A DNA stretch of 63,562 nt, filler included, from Octopus bimaculoides (taxonomy: Eukaryota), in the NCBI RefSeq assembly GCF_001194135.2. It is 4 parts of 4 records of this genome, joined end to end, with 100 filler letters (N's around TTAATTAATTAA, not from the genome) between each part and the next. Parts side by side here need not be neighbours in the genome. Positions count along the whole stretch, not along the records: positions 29,846 to 59,679 come from NC_068985.1; positions 59,780 to 61,775 come from NW_026321038.1; 2 more parts are not named here. One strand, written 5' to 3'. A program made the position numbers and the translations under genes. The stretch's first letter is position 1; every line of letters begins with the position of its first letter. Of the stretch, positions 49,397 through 61,875 are shown piece after piece. Under the pieces are notes generated by a model, which saw nothing but the letters and a program-made list of their open reading frames with translations, was not told the origin of the DNA and did no database searches.

Positions 49397-49619
49397 CAAA
49401 AATCCTAAAGAGTGAAGGCAGTTGATGACATTAAGGAACGGTCCTTTTTTGCCTTCAGTTAAGTCATTGCTCTGGAAAAGAGCTTCCTTATTGAGGCCAT
49501 AACTTTCACAAGTTTTCGAAAAGGTCTCGATGTTGCCCATGGCAATGAAGGGGGACCTCACGTTCTTGGAGAAATTGATGGCGGGTTTGCCTTCAGCTTC
49601 CAGCAACCTGTTGATAAGT
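49397..49619 (-). CDS. Myophilin/transgelin-like CH protein, exon 4
   Basis: atttcag|A CTT ATC AAC...TTT TTG|gtaagt; LINRL...NIETFSKTCESYGL...LFQSNDLTEGK...VINCLHSLG is a calponin-homology core. Confidence 0.93.
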
Positions 49620-49729
49620 CTGAAATAATAATGTCACCTATAAATATTTGAACAGTAAGAATATATGATATATGTGCATTTCTAAGCTTATTTGTTTCAA
49701 TTATTTCTAATTGAGGTTGAGGGCCAGCA

Positions 49730-50097
49730 ATTTTGAGGTGAGGAGCATAGTCAATTACTTCGATTTGATTCGTACTTCACTTTATCTATTCTGAACAGAT
49801 GAAAGGCAAGGTCGACCTCGGTGGGATTTGAACACAGAACGTAAAGAGCCGGAACAAATACTGTGAAGTATTTTTCTAACGCTGTAACCATTTTTCCAAT
49901 CTATCTCTCCAAAGTTCATTTGTAAAAAATGATTTCAAATTAATGGCACAAGCCCAGCAATTTCGGCGGAGGGGATAAGTCGATCACACTGACCCTACTG
50001 TTCAACAGGTACTTACTTTGTCAACCCTGAAGGGATGAAAGGCAAAGTCGACCTCGGTGGAATTTGAATTCAGAACGTAAAGACAGACGAAATGTCG
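49730..50097 (-). mobile_element. Two tandem SINE family B fragments
   Basis: gatgaaaggcaa(a/g)gtcgacctcggtgg occurs twice (about 49800 and 50035). Confidence 0.8.
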
Positions 50098-50829
50098 AAA
50101 AGAATGATACATTCATTCTATAACATATCTGGTTGTTACGTTAATGTTAACATTTTATGCCGTGAGTATTCAAATGTTAATTATGCGTCGAGGAATAACT
50201 AAAATGATATTAACCACTGGTTTGTGTTGCTAGATGAACTAGGCCGTTGAGATCTATGTGTCCTTGTCACGATCACGATGTGGTATTAGTGACTAGATAT
50301 GAACTAGTGATCACGGCGCGGAGTAGTCGAGTCCCCATGGATTCATAAAATTAACCGAATGTTCGGTGGTTTTGTTCCTTGTCTTCGACGCTTGATATTT
50401 CATTAACTAAGATACTTAATCTTTAACAGTGGAGTCAATTTGACTGTAAAAACAGCGCTCGACATAACGTCACCACCTAGCCCACAGATCCCTTTCGCAA
50501 AGTCCACTCTGCTGAGTGATTCTCACCTTTCCATTTACTATTTTAGAGGCCTGAAAAACGTCACGAGTCTTGTGCTACTTCCTCTGACCAAGCCATAAAA
50601 TGTAGACACAACAGTGTTACGAAGTACACTGTGTAAAACACCTGCAACCCTGTACAACTGACGTGCATTTCGTCAGTTTATTTTTATAACTTCTGTTCCT
50701 ACAGTGAGTATAGTCAGACCAAAGGAATAGATAGCATGAAGATATTCTCTTCGTTCATGTTAATAAGACCCAAATAAATTTAAATAGACTATTTGAATAA
50801 AGTACAATTAAAAAATATATATATTTTAC

Positions 50830-50888
50830 CGGCATAAGTTAGTTCCATCTTGAAGATAAGAATGGATTTGTTGCATTGAGGATCCGGG
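50830..50888 (-). CDS. Myophilin/transgelin-like CH protein, exon 3
   Basis: aattttcag|CCC GGA...TTA TGC CG|gtaaaa; PGSSMQQIHSYLQDGTNLCR (the LxDG..LC motif); phase 2 matches exon 4. Confidence 0.9.
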
Positions 50889-51349
50889 CTGAAAATTACG
50901 ATAGAATTGAAAATATCAATGATTTAACATATTAGTTTAGTAGTTAAATAAATACAAGTTTAAGCATTGTCTCCGAGTGTTCCTGTTCTTGAACTTGAAT
51001 AAGTTTTTTTTACTCAATGAGCACTTTTGTTCTATTACACACTCGGACACATACTTATAATTATATATGTGAAAGTAGTTTCAACAAACAACACATATAT
51101 ACGCACACACATACACACTCACACATTAAAATATACGAATATGCTGTGTGGGGATGGCATGCTAAAAAATAGACCCAACATTTCCTCTGCGTGTCATATG
51201 AGAGGTTGATGTGGATCTGCACTCCGACCTCGTAAAACCCTCACCAGCAACGACTACCCAAGCAGCCACAACTAGGTTGGATTGGAGGATCGTCGACTCA
51301 GTGGTGCAAAGGTGTCATCTGCCAGGGGTAGGGAACACCGATAAATGGT

Positions 51350-52490
51350 GGCTGCAATAGCGTACGTACCCCCAAACCACAAACTACAGACCAATAACCT
51401 GTCTCCCTACAATTTACAAAGCCTTTACTGCAATAATATCGTAGAGATTGAGCAAGCATCTGGAAGAAAACAACCTGTTTCCAGAAGAGCAGAAGGGATG
51501 CTGCAAGGGCTCATACGGCTGTAAAGATCAACTAATGATCAATAAAGCTATAACTGAAGACAGCTACAGAAAGAAGAAAGGCCTCAGTATGGCCTGGATT
51601 GACTACCAAAAGGCTTTTGATAGTATTCCCCACACGTGGATCCTCGAAACACTAGCCATGAACAAGCAAGTACCAATAATTATAAAATACATAAGACACT
51701 CTATGAATAAACGGCAGACAATGCTACAGCTCCAAACAAAAGAGTTGTGAAAACCAAAGCCATCCTCATTAGAAGAGGAATATTCCAGGGAGACACGCTC
51801 TTTCCACTCCTTTTCTGCTGGGCACTGACACCTTTATCTGACATGCTAAATAGAACTGGATGCAGATACAAATGTTACGGCAAAACAATCAGCCACCTCT
51901 TATATATGGATGAACTAAAACCATACGCTACAAATGATAAACAGCTGGAAACACTACTACAGACAGTACATGAATTTACCAATGAAATAGGTATGAAATT
52001 TGACTTAGAAAATGTGCCAAAGCAACCTTGAAAAGAGGAAAACTAGTTAAGAGTAGCAACATCACACTAGATAAAGCCAATGAAATAAGAGATTTAAACT
52101 AAAGCCAGACATACAAATATTTAGGAATCAATGAACTAGATACGATACAACACACACAAATGAAAGAGAAAATAAAGAGAGAATACTATAGACAAGTTAG
52201 ATCAATGTGGAATCTAAAAACAGAAACAATTCCTATCATAGTAGGTGCCTTAGGTATAATAAAAAATATTCAGACAAATACACAAGAAAAACACCAGGAC
52301 TTACAAATATATATATAACATACAGAAAATTGCACTACTGGACACTGCACACATCCTACGCAAAACACTTTTAATACAGTAACCATACGAGCATCACTGC
52401 AAACCACAGCACATACTCAAGGCACACAGAGCTGCGCTCGGTAGTGAAGTGAAAGCACGTTATAAAAATAAAACTACTGAATAATAATGA
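51350..52490 (+). mobile_element. R4/Dong-type element: RT joined to 3' end
   Basis: PEEQKGC, AWIDYQKAFDSIPH, RRGIFQGDTL, HLLYMDELK, KYLGI; joined near 52203 to MWNLKTETIPIIVGALG and the 3' UTR plus (AAT/GAT)n tail. Confidence 0.9.
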
Positions 52491-53434
52491 TGATGATGAT
52501 AATAATGATGANNNNNNNNNNNNNNNNNNNNNNNNNNNNNNNNNNNNNNNNNNNNNNNNNNNNNNNNNNNNNNNNNNNNNNNNNNNNNNNNNNNNNNNNN
52601 NNNNNNNNNNNNNNNNNNNNNNNNNNNNNNNNNNNNNNNNNNNNNNNNNNNNNNNNNNNNNNNNNNNNNNNNNNNNNNNNNNNNNNNNNNNNNNNNNNNN
52701 NNNNNNNNNNNNNNNNNNNNNNNNNNNNNNNNNNNNNNNNNNNNNNNNNNNNNNNNNNNNNNNNNNNNNNNNNNNNNNNNNNNNNNNNNNNNNNNNNNNN
52801 NNNNNNNNNNNNNNNNNNNNNNNNNNNNNNNNNNNNNNNNNNNNNNNNNNNNNNNNNNNNNNNNNNNNNNNNNNNNNNNNNNNNNNNNNNNNNNNNNNNN
52901 NNNNNNNNNNNNNNNNNNNNNNNNNNNNNNNNNNNNNNNNNNNNNNNNNNNNNNNNNNNNNNNNNNNNNNNNNNNNNNNNNNNNNNNNNNNNNNNNNNNN
53001 NNNNNNNNNNNNNNNNNNNNNNNNNNNNNNNNNNNNNNNNNNNNNNNNNNNNNNNNNNNNNNNNNNNNNNNNNNNNNNNNNNNNNNNNNNNNNNNNNNNN
53101 NNNNNNNNNNNNNNNNNNNNNNNNNNNNNNNNNNNNNNNNNNNNNNNNNNNNNNNNNNNNNNNNNNNNNNNNNNNNNNNNNNNNNNNNNNNNNNNNNNNN
53201 NNNNNNNNNNNNNNNNNNNNNNNNNNNNNNNNNNNNNNNNNNNNNNNNNNNNNNNNNNNNNNNNNNNNNNNNNNNNNNNNNNNNNNNNNNNNNNNNNNNN
53301 NNNNNNNNNNNNNNNNNNNNNNNNNNNNNNNNNNNNNNNNNNNNNNNNNNNNNNNNNNNNNNNNNNNNNNNNNNNNNNNNNNNNNNNNNNNNNNNNNNNN
53401 NNNNNNNNNNNNNNNNNNNNNNNNNNNNNNNNNT

Positions 53435-53815
53435 GGAATCTGAAGACGAAAACAATACCTATTGTCATAGGTGCCCTGGGAATGACAGCGAAACGGGCTG
53501 ATTACTACCTAGCTCAGATACCAGGAAACCCCAAAATGGCTGAAGTTCAAAAGCTAGTGCTCATGGGAACTGCCCATATCCTACGTAAAATACTGTCTAT
53601 GTGATCTCAAATTTTAAAGCAAACACATAATTTTGTTATGGTTTCTTAAACATTCACTTGAACAAAACTGTACAAATCCAAATATATGGTACCCTAGGCA
53701 TAACACCTACATGAACTTCTAACTTGTTGTCTCTTGAGGTCTCTGGGTGAGACTTGGATCCAACTTGTACAAATGCAAAACAAAAGTCAAACATAAAATA
53801 ATAATAATAATAATA
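53435..53815 (+). mobile_element. R4/Dong-type 3' end, second subfamily
   Basis: WNLKTKTIPIVIGALG...LMGTAHILRKILS*, 3' UTR, (AAT)n tail. Confidence 0.85.
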
Positions 53816-53974
53816 AATAGTGATGATGATGATAATAATGATGATGATGATAATGATGATAATTGCCCTGGTGCAATACAGACAGTGGCTCTCATGGCTT
53901 CTGATCATAACCGATTGGAAGTGTTAATATGTACATGTTTTGTTTTGGTGTAAAAAATGGGCTACAGCAAATAT

Positions 53975-54410
53975 TATTCTGCTCAATATCAAAGATTTAC
54001 TTGTCAGTTGCTTGACCTTAACCAGTTGAGCATGTCCCTTAATGGCTGACGATATGTGCATTTCTGATCACGAGCAGAAGTAGTGGGGGAGTATCATAGC
54101 CATATGTCGAGAGGTAATCTTTAGGGTTTGAACAACTCACCTTTGGAAATATGGGTGTTTCGTCCATCACCCTTAAAAAAGCCTTATCCAGGGACTTTTC
54201 GAGCGGGATGGGATACTCAACACAAAGAAAATTTTAACTGGGCTCCACTTGCGAGGTCATGCGTTGTTTATCTTGATATGAAGTCACCATGTTGCTCACA
54301 CATGGTTGTAATGCATGTACCTGGTGTATCCTTATTAGATGGGTATACTGGGCTTTGTATATTTGTACCCCAGCATCACTTTGATGCCATGTGCTGCTCT
54401 CTCATTCGAT
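53975..54410 (+). repeat. Interspersed repeat family D
   Basis: Shares segments with 27420-27630 and 34735-34875 in opposite orientation. Confidence 0.6.
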
Positions 54411-54849
54411 AATAGTAAAGTGATTGATAAATGAAAGAACAATAATATGTATGTATATATATATATATATATATTTATCGAAGATAGAAAGTTTCAGGAT
54501 TACAGTTTACTGTAATTTCATCTCTCAAATACACAAATTGCAATGGGGGAACTATTGATAACATGTTGTATGTATAATGTTAGTAAGAATTTAAGGAAAA
54601 ATGAGGGATAGAGTAACAGTAAGGGTGAACGATGATAGAATGAAAGAAATGTGCAAAAAGGGAGCATAGGAACAGACGAAGAAGTGATGCCAATGATGAG
54701 AAGATAAGTCAACTGAATTTGAAATGAGACTGATGTGTGAGTGAAGAAACTGTGTTTTGTTTCCACAGTAGCATAGTGAATAATATCCTTAGAAATACTT
54801 TAATTAACCCCATACTTCACTTCCAAGGATATTACTGATAATTTTGTGA

Positions 54850-55700
54850 CAATCTCCCTTTACTAAATTTATTAACCCCGCCAAAATCGTTTGTTTATAT
54901 TATCATAAACCGTCTACATTTCAAATTACTTATATTCTCAGAGGGGTTTACAGAAGCAATGGTATAACAATTCGCCAACCCAAAAAACATCAACAAACAA
55001 AGCGATTTAGAAAAAAGAAACATCAAAATTTCTTCAAAGAATTAAGTTTAGCAATTATGGTCGAGTTCAACCTTACGATTGTCTACACTTTTGACGTCTC
55101 TTGCAACTTCAATAATTCCCAGTTCTCAACTTACAGAAAACCCTATGAATAACTTCACTACGTACACAAACTTCCAAATCATCCACGCAATATCTTAGAC
55201 GATATGATTTTAAAATATTTCTTTTCGTTTTTCTAGTTCCTTCCCAACATGTAACTTTACAGATGTTTTACGGTATTACAAGACGCATTAGTACGAATTG
55301 GATTCTCCGAAAATATACAATATGTTAAAACCAAATATCTCATGACTCAACACACAATAAAAAAAAATCTTAAACTTTTTACAAAAGTATTTATATACAC
55401 ACCATAAGTACTACAAAGCTTTTAACAAAGGCTCTATAAAATCTCTCATTACTACAATTAACCTTCCCCAATAATAATCTAGCATGAACTGCACCAAACT
55501 TAGAGTTTGTCCACAAACTTATAAATGTATGTACCTGAATGAATGTATACTTGACCGAAATATACTTCTTTAGCAATTCTTTACAACACTAAGTTAGAAA
55601 TGAACACACTTTCTAAGTCCTACCTGGGGATAACTTTGAATTCATAAAATTATAGTAAATCAATATGCTTACACTTTTCACAATCAACTAAGAAGTCCCA
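54850..55700 (+). mobile_element. Highly decayed Penelope-like ORF fragment
   Basis: HHKYYKAFNKGSIKS resembles the PLE H..HKIFN.NTIKISY linker; A/C-rich broken frames. Confidence 0.4.
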
Positions 55701-55901
55701 ACACGTATTTTGCCCTTGTTCCCTTTTTTTCTCTTTACTTGTTTTGTCATCCAAGCACTTTCTCCTTCACTGTTATTCTCACCCCCTTTGTATAGATGCT
55801 ATCAGCGTATAGAAGAATGTATAGACAGAATGTATGAAAACTTATGGCTTGGTAAAAATGCAGCGAAAAATCAACAAGATATATATTAACTGATTACGTA
55901 C

Positions 55902-55991
55902 ACAGGTGGGGTTGCTGGTACCTTCAAAGAGACCGTTAATCCAAGAAACAACGGCTGCTGGGGTGCCTGCTTCTTCTTCCTTGTCATATCT
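55902..55991 (-). CDS. Myophilin/transgelin-like CH protein, exon 2
   Basis: ctcattcag|AGA TAT GAC...ACC TGT|gtacgt; RYDKEEEAGTPAAVVSWINGLFEGTSNPTC (90 nt). Confidence 0.9.
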
Positions 55992-56886
55992 CTGAATGAG
56001 TTAATAAAGAAAAAAAAGATAATGGTTTATAAAGTGTTTACTGTACAAGTGTTTTATGAATTGGAGAAAATAAGTTAAAGTTCAGATTAGTCACCATTGA
56101 CTTCCGCACTATGTACCTTCAATAGGAGAAATTTGTATATCATACATGTTATACACATGAGGAAATTGAACTACCTCGAATTTGAGAAAGAATTTGCCAA
56201 TATACTTAGTGGAAATAATCTTGGGAACCTGAAAGAAGCTCTTCAGGCTTGAAACAGAAAAATTTAACAAATGTACAGAAATAAAGGTCATTGTCGTAAG
56301 ACAAAAGTTAATGGTTGACAAAGAAATTAGCAGATTCTGGACTTGCGATAGGCACATTCTATTTCATTTAGAAAGGTATGGCTTTAATATCCAGGAACAG
56401 ATTGTTACATGAAAAAGTGAAGAATGTCCATTTTTGAATTACATTAAAACAGAAAATGCTGTTATAATTTGGCAGATATCAGCATTGACCTTATTTATTA
56501 GTGTATAAGGCGCACTATTTTATACTCAATTTAACTGAGAAAACTGTGATGCGACTTATAAATGGGACAGTGCTAAAACATTGAAGGGGAAAAATAATTT
56601 GTATTATGATTTAATTCTGAACTTGGGGCGTGAGTAAATATGGTAATCATGAAATGTCCATGAGATTATACAGCGGTATTCGCGGAGAGGATTTCCTTGA
56701 TGGAATCTGAGACTTGGATAATCAATGTTTTATGTGGTATTCAGTTGAAGATAAGGATAGTTCCATATTTTTCAAATAATAATTAAAGCAATGAAATAAA
56801 ATTCACGCTCCCGTAAGAGCCTTATCTCAAGATATCAACAGCTTAACATTTTAAAAACATTTAGCAAATGTGTTTATGTATATTAC

Positions 56887-56943
56887 CTGTTCCATTTTGC
56901 GTTCAATTTCGGCCCCAAGACCGGCTTTCTTTGCCCTCGACAT
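56887..56943 (-). CDS. Myophilin/transgelin-like CH protein, coding exon 1
   Basis: accATG TCG AGG...GAA CAG|gtaata; MSRAKKAGLGAEIERKMEQ resembles the myophilin/MP20 N-terminus (GL..E...K...KYD). Confidence 0.88.
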
Positions 56944-57220
56944 GGTTCTAGTTATTCTTTCTTACCTTAACGACGGGAAAGATTCTGAAAGAAAAGATAC
57001 ACACAAAAAAGTTATTCAGTCTTGCAAATATTCCTGGCAAACAATCACACACACACACGTGTGTGTGTGTGTGCATAGTAAATGAAGATAAATGGACAAT
57101 GACAGTTGAATACGTGCTATTTATGTTTTAAAAGCAATCGGTATATCATAGAAGCCAAATTGCCAGCCATTTCTTCGAGCAAGCTTAACAAGAGTTAATA
57201 ATTAGAATATCACTCTAGAC

Positions 57221-57571
57221 CAGGCATTCTCAACCATTTTTTTAATCTATGAACTCCTTTGATTGCTATTTTATTCTGGTGGACCCTCGTAGTCATTCGA
57301 TGTTTAAAAACTAGTTTTATAGATAATTCTTTCAAAATTCCTATTTTGTTTTATACCCATTAATTTGTGTAGGTTGAACTATGTAAAATGTCAGAGAAAG
57401 AAGTCTGGCTGTTTCTTGCAATATATACCAATACATACATCTGAAGCAAAATTTTTTCAGGGGTCCTTAAAATAATATTGTGGATCCCCAATTTACTGTG
57501 TTGTTGTGTGGAACCCCAAAAATCTTATATGGATCCTCAGGGGCCACGTGGACCCCGGTTGAGAATCATTG
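57221..57571. mobile_element. hAT (Charlie-like) MITE, same family as 7126-7569
   Basis: caggcattctcaacc / ggttgagaatcattg TIRs; left flank ctctagac (NTCTAGAN-type site). Confidence 0.75.
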
Positions 57572-57687
57572 TATATTAATATGATTTGCTAGTTCATACT
57601 TTAATAGCGATGACAATTATAGACTTTACAATTTGTACGGTATAAACTCTACAGGTACCAGTGAAATCGTCAGTTTGCGTGTGTGTA

Positions 57688-58573
57688 TCTTACATATTAA
57701 AACTGAAAACGTCTGTGTGTGTGTCGGTATGTCCTCGTTTTGCGCCAAAACGGCTCGACTGATTTTTCTTAAACTTCACACGCACTTTGCTTATGTGTCT
57801 GGGGAGGTTTTAAGTATAAATTGATTTCGAAAAAATGTTCGGGTAAACGGCGGGAGGAATAACATTTAGGCGTGAGTGAACAGTGGGAGTAATTATTTTT
57901 ATGCTTTCAAGGGAAATAACCCATTCCCTTCTGGAAATGACCACCAAGGGAAATAACCCATTCATTTTCAGTATGCTTATTTCTTAGTATCTGAACAATT
58001 TTAGTTATTTTCTCAATTTATCCAATACAACGCTTAAACAAGTAAATAGTATTCTCCTAAACAATAGATCCACTTATTTCGGTTAGTGACTTATTCACGA
58101 ATATACCAACACTAGCGCTGCTGAGGGTAATATTCTCTGGGAACGCACAAAAGCTTTTTTTCAAAGTTAATTACTTTGAATTGTTATTATCTCATAGCTG
58201 ATTAGCCTGTTATTACGTAACATGTATCACGATTTTAGTATACATACCTTATTAGTATTTCCTCCTAAAATCTATATTCTCTGGGAACGTATTAAAGCCC
58301 TTTTCGGGGCTACTTTATTTGAATTCATACTATAGGGTAATTAATTTCATGTTATTACATAACTGACTTCACAATTTGGGTATCCATAACTTATTGGGAA
58401 TTCTAAAAAACAAGATCCTTTGTAAGACAGTTCGGTATTCTCAATAAATACACAAAAACCGTTTTAAGGGCTACATACTTTGTATTGTTGTTACTGGATT
58501 AGCGGAACAATTATAAGAACGGAACCAAGGGATAAACCCGCCTTTCTTGGGAATTACCGGGTATGTCAGCTAC
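57688..58573 (+). mobile_element. Non-autonomous Helitron-like element
   Basis: Starts A|TCttacatattaaaactgaa..gtctgtgtg..aaaacggctcgactgattttt; ends ccgggtatgtcagCTAC|T (degenerate CTAG); internal direct repeats. Confidence 0.5.
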
Positions 58574-58805
58574 TATATANNNNNNNNNNNNNNNNNNNNN
58601 NNNNNNNNNNNNNNNNNNNNNNNNNNNNNNNNNNNNNNNNNNNNNNNNNNNNNNNNNNNNNNNNNNNNNNNNNNNNNNNNNNNNNNNNNNNNNNNNNNNN
58701 NNNNNNNNNNNNNNNNNNNNNNNNNNNNNNNNNNNNNNNNNNNNNNNNNNNNNNNNNNNNNNNNNNNNNNNNNNNNNNNNNNNNNNNNNNNNNNNNNNNN
58801 NNNNN

Positions 58806-59105
58806 TTATAACCTCAGGCTGAACAAAACCTTGTGAGTGGATTTCGCACTCGGAAGCTGAAAGAAGAATGTCGTATATATGTGTATATTTGTGTATGTGT
58901 GTGCGTGTCTTCTGTTTGTACCCCCACTTTTGCTTGACAACTGAAGTTGCTGTGTTTGCATTCCCGTAACTTAGCGGTTTGGTAAAAAAACACTGACAGA
59001 ATGAGTACTAGGCTTACAAAGAATAAATCCTGTGGTTGATTTCTTCGACCAACGGCGGTGCTCCAGCATGGCCGCGGTCACATGACTGAAACAAGTAAAA
59101 CAATA
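58806..59105 (+). mobile_element. SINE family A (head in gap)
   Basis: ccttgtgagtggattt...gcttgacaac...ggtgctccagcatggccgcggtc. Confidence 0.8.
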
Positions 59106-59171
59106 AAAATCTATGCCATTTTAATCCCGAGCAAGGCCGGGTATCTCTGCTAGTTTATATAAATATAAACA

Positions 59172-59210
<39 letters not shown>

Positions 59211-59211
59211 G

Positions 59212-59250
<39 letters not shown>
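59172..59250 (+). repeat. (TATC)n microsatellite
   Basis: Direct reading. Confidence 0.95.
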
Positions 59251-59660
59251 GTGTAGCTGTGTGGTAAGGAGCTTGCTTCCCAGTCACAAGGTTCCGAATT
59301 CAATTCCACTGTGTAGCACCTTGGGGAAATGTCTTCTACTATAGATCGGGCCAACTGAAGCCATGTGAGCAGATTTGGTAGACGGAAACTGAAAGAAGCC
59401 CATCGTATATATGTGTGTGTGTGTGTGTGTCTGTGTTTGTTCTTCACCACTGCTTGACAACCAGTGCTGGTGTGTTTACGTCCCCGTAACATTGCGGTTC
59501 GGTAGAAGAGACCGATACAATAAGTACCAGGCTTAAAAAAAAAACAATAGAAAGAAGGGAAACCGAAAAATACTGGGGCTGATTGATTCGATTAAAAATT
59601 TCTCAAGGCGGTGTCCCAAAATGACCGCTGTCTAATGACTGAAGCAAGTAAAAGATAAAA
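59251..59660 (+). mobile_element. SINE family A, full length
   Basis: Head gtagctgtgtggtaaggagcttgc..gttccgaattcaattcc; internal (TG)n; tail. Confidence 0.85.
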
Positions 59661-59679
59661 GAGAAGAAAAAAGGTATAG

Positions 59680-59779
59680 NNNNNNNNNNNNNNNNNNNNN
59701 NNNNNNNNNNNNNNNNNNNNNNNTTAATTAATTAANNNNNNNNNNNNNNNNNNNNNNNNNNNNNNNNNNNNNNNNNNNN
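59680..59779. other. Scaffold-join gap with TTAATTAATTAA linker
   Basis: Linker at 59724-59735. Confidence 0.9.
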
Positions 59780-60325
59780 ACACACACACACACAAACACA
59801 GATGTACACGCGCACGCACTAACTAAGCATGACTGATTCTATGAAGATATGACTAATGATGGAAAATTACCATAAATCTTAAATTTGTATTTAAATTAAC
59901 TTCAACAAGAAAATGAAGTCGAGTACATTCATGGCGGTTTCTATTTCTAAAGCTATCGGTGACTCAATCATTTTAATCTTCTCTCTGTTTCCTTGTCACT
60001 CTCCTAATATAAACGAAAACAATTACTTGAAAAAAGTGTTATTAATTAATTGCTTTTTACGTGTGTCTGTTGCTCCACGTTGTTGCTGAGTGATGTACCG
60101 AATCCGGGCCTGAACGTGGAGATGGAACTACCAGAAAATTTAACAAGTATAACAATATGAGAACTTAAGGCGGCGAACAAGCAGAATCGTTAACGTCAAT
60201 TAAACTGCTAAGCGGTATTTCTACCGCCTCATTAAGTTTTGAGTTCAAATCACTCGTAGGTCAACTATTGCTATCGATATAATCGACATCACCTCCTTCC
60301 TCAAAATTGCTTGCTCAGGGCCAAA

Positions 60326-60390
<65 letters not shown>

Positions 60391-60405
60391 CATTATTATT
60401 ATAAT

Positions 60406-60575
60406 GCGTAGGAGTGGCTGTGTGGTAAGTAGCTTGCTTACCAACCACATGGTTCCGGGTTCAGTCCTACTGCATGGCACCTTGGACAAGTGTCTTCTAT
60501 TATAACCTCGGACCGACCAAAGCCTTGTGAGTGGATTTGGCAGACGGAAACTGAAAGAAGCCCGTCGTATATATG

Positions 60576-60634
<59 letters not shown>

Positions 60635-61446
60635 NNNNNNNNNNNNNNNNNNNNNNNNNNNNNNNNNNNNNNNNNNNNNNNNNNNNNNNNNNNNNNNNNN
60701 NNNNNNNNNNNNNNNNNNNNNNNNNNNNNNNNNNNNNNNNNNNNNNNNNNNNNNNNNNNNNNNNNNNNNNNNNNNNNNNNNNNNNNNNNNNNNNNNNNNN
60801 NNNNNNNNNNNNNNNNNNNNNNNNNNNNNNNNNNNNNNNNNNNNNNNNNNNNNNNNNNNNNNNNNNNNNNNNNNNNNNNNNNNNNNNNNNNNNNNNNNNN
60901 NNNNNNNNNNNNNNNNNNNNNNNNNNNNNNNNNNNNNNNNNNNNNNNNNNNNNNNNNNNNNNNNNNNNNNNNNNNNNNNNNNNNNNNNNNNNNNNNNNNN
61001 NNNNNNNNNNNNNNNNNNNNNNNNNNNNNNNNNNNNNNNNNNNNNNNNNNNNNNNNNNNNNNNNNNNNNNNNNNNNNNNNNNNNNNNNNNNNNNNNNNNN
61101 NNNNNNNNNNNNNNNNNNNNNNNNNNNNNNNNNNNNNNNNNNNNNNNNNNNNNNNNNNNNNNNNNNNNNNNNNNNNNNNNNNNNNNNNNNNNNNNNNNNN
61201 NNNNNNNNNNNNNNNNNNNNNTATGTTTGTGTGTCTGTGTTTGTCCCCCCACCAACATCGCTTGACAACCGATGCTGGTGTGTTTATGTCCCCGTAACTT
61301 AGCGGTTCGGCAAGAGACCGATAGAATAAGTACTAGGCTTACAAAGAATAAGTCCCGGGGGTCGATTTGCTCGACTAAAGGCGGTGCTCCAGCATGGCCA
61401 CAGTCAAATGACTGAAACAAGTAAAAGAGTAAAAAGAGTAAAGAGT
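60406..61446 (+). mobile_element. SINE family A with gapped internal (TA)n(TG)n microsatellite
   Basis: Head gcgtaggagtggctgtgtggtaagtagcttgcttaccaaccacatggttccgggttcagtcc; tail ends gaaacaagtaaaagagtaaaaagagtaaagagt. Confidence 0.88.
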
Positions 61447-61483
61447 ATTATTATGATTATTATTGTTATTATTATTATTATTA

Positions 61484-61529
<46 letters not shown>

Positions 61530-61775
61530 GAAGGCGGCAGACTGACAGGAGGGTTTAGCATTCAGAGAGAAAGTCTCAATATGTGTTCATACCTGTATAT
61601 ATATGCGCATATGCGTGAATGTACGTACACACTTGCGTGTGCGTACGGTGTTTGTGAGTAAGCGAGCGTGTATTTCCACGTGTCTAACAATATGTGTGTA
61701 TAGGTAGATATAGATAAAGATATGTAGATATATAGACACACAGATAAGCAGATAGATAGATAGATAGATAGATAG

Positions 61776-61875
61776 NNNNNNNNNNNNNNNNNNNNNNNNN
61801 NNNNNNNNNNNNNNNNNNNTTAATTAATTAANNNNNNNNNNNNNNNNNNNNNNNNNNNNNNNNNNNNNNNNNNNN
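61776..61875. other. Scaffold-join gap with TTAATTAATTAA linker
   Basis: Linker at 61820-61831. Confidence 0.9.

Noticed and set aside
54490-54525. Fifth hammerhead-like motif (minus: gagatga-a-attacag-taaa-ctgtaat-cct-gaaac)
   Set aside because: The 7-bp stem II is good, but two core mismatches and the lack of stems I and III make it too degenerate to call.
57523-57532. One-mismatch CArG box (TCTTATATGG) upstream of the transgelin-like gene
   Set aside because: It is imperfect, lies inside a MITE, and such a match is expected by chance in AT-rich DNA.
59251-59320. tRNA-like sequences at SINE heads (also 60406, 63302, 40322)
   Set aside because: They are A/B-box-bearing SINE heads without complete cloverleafs, so they are not tRNA genes.
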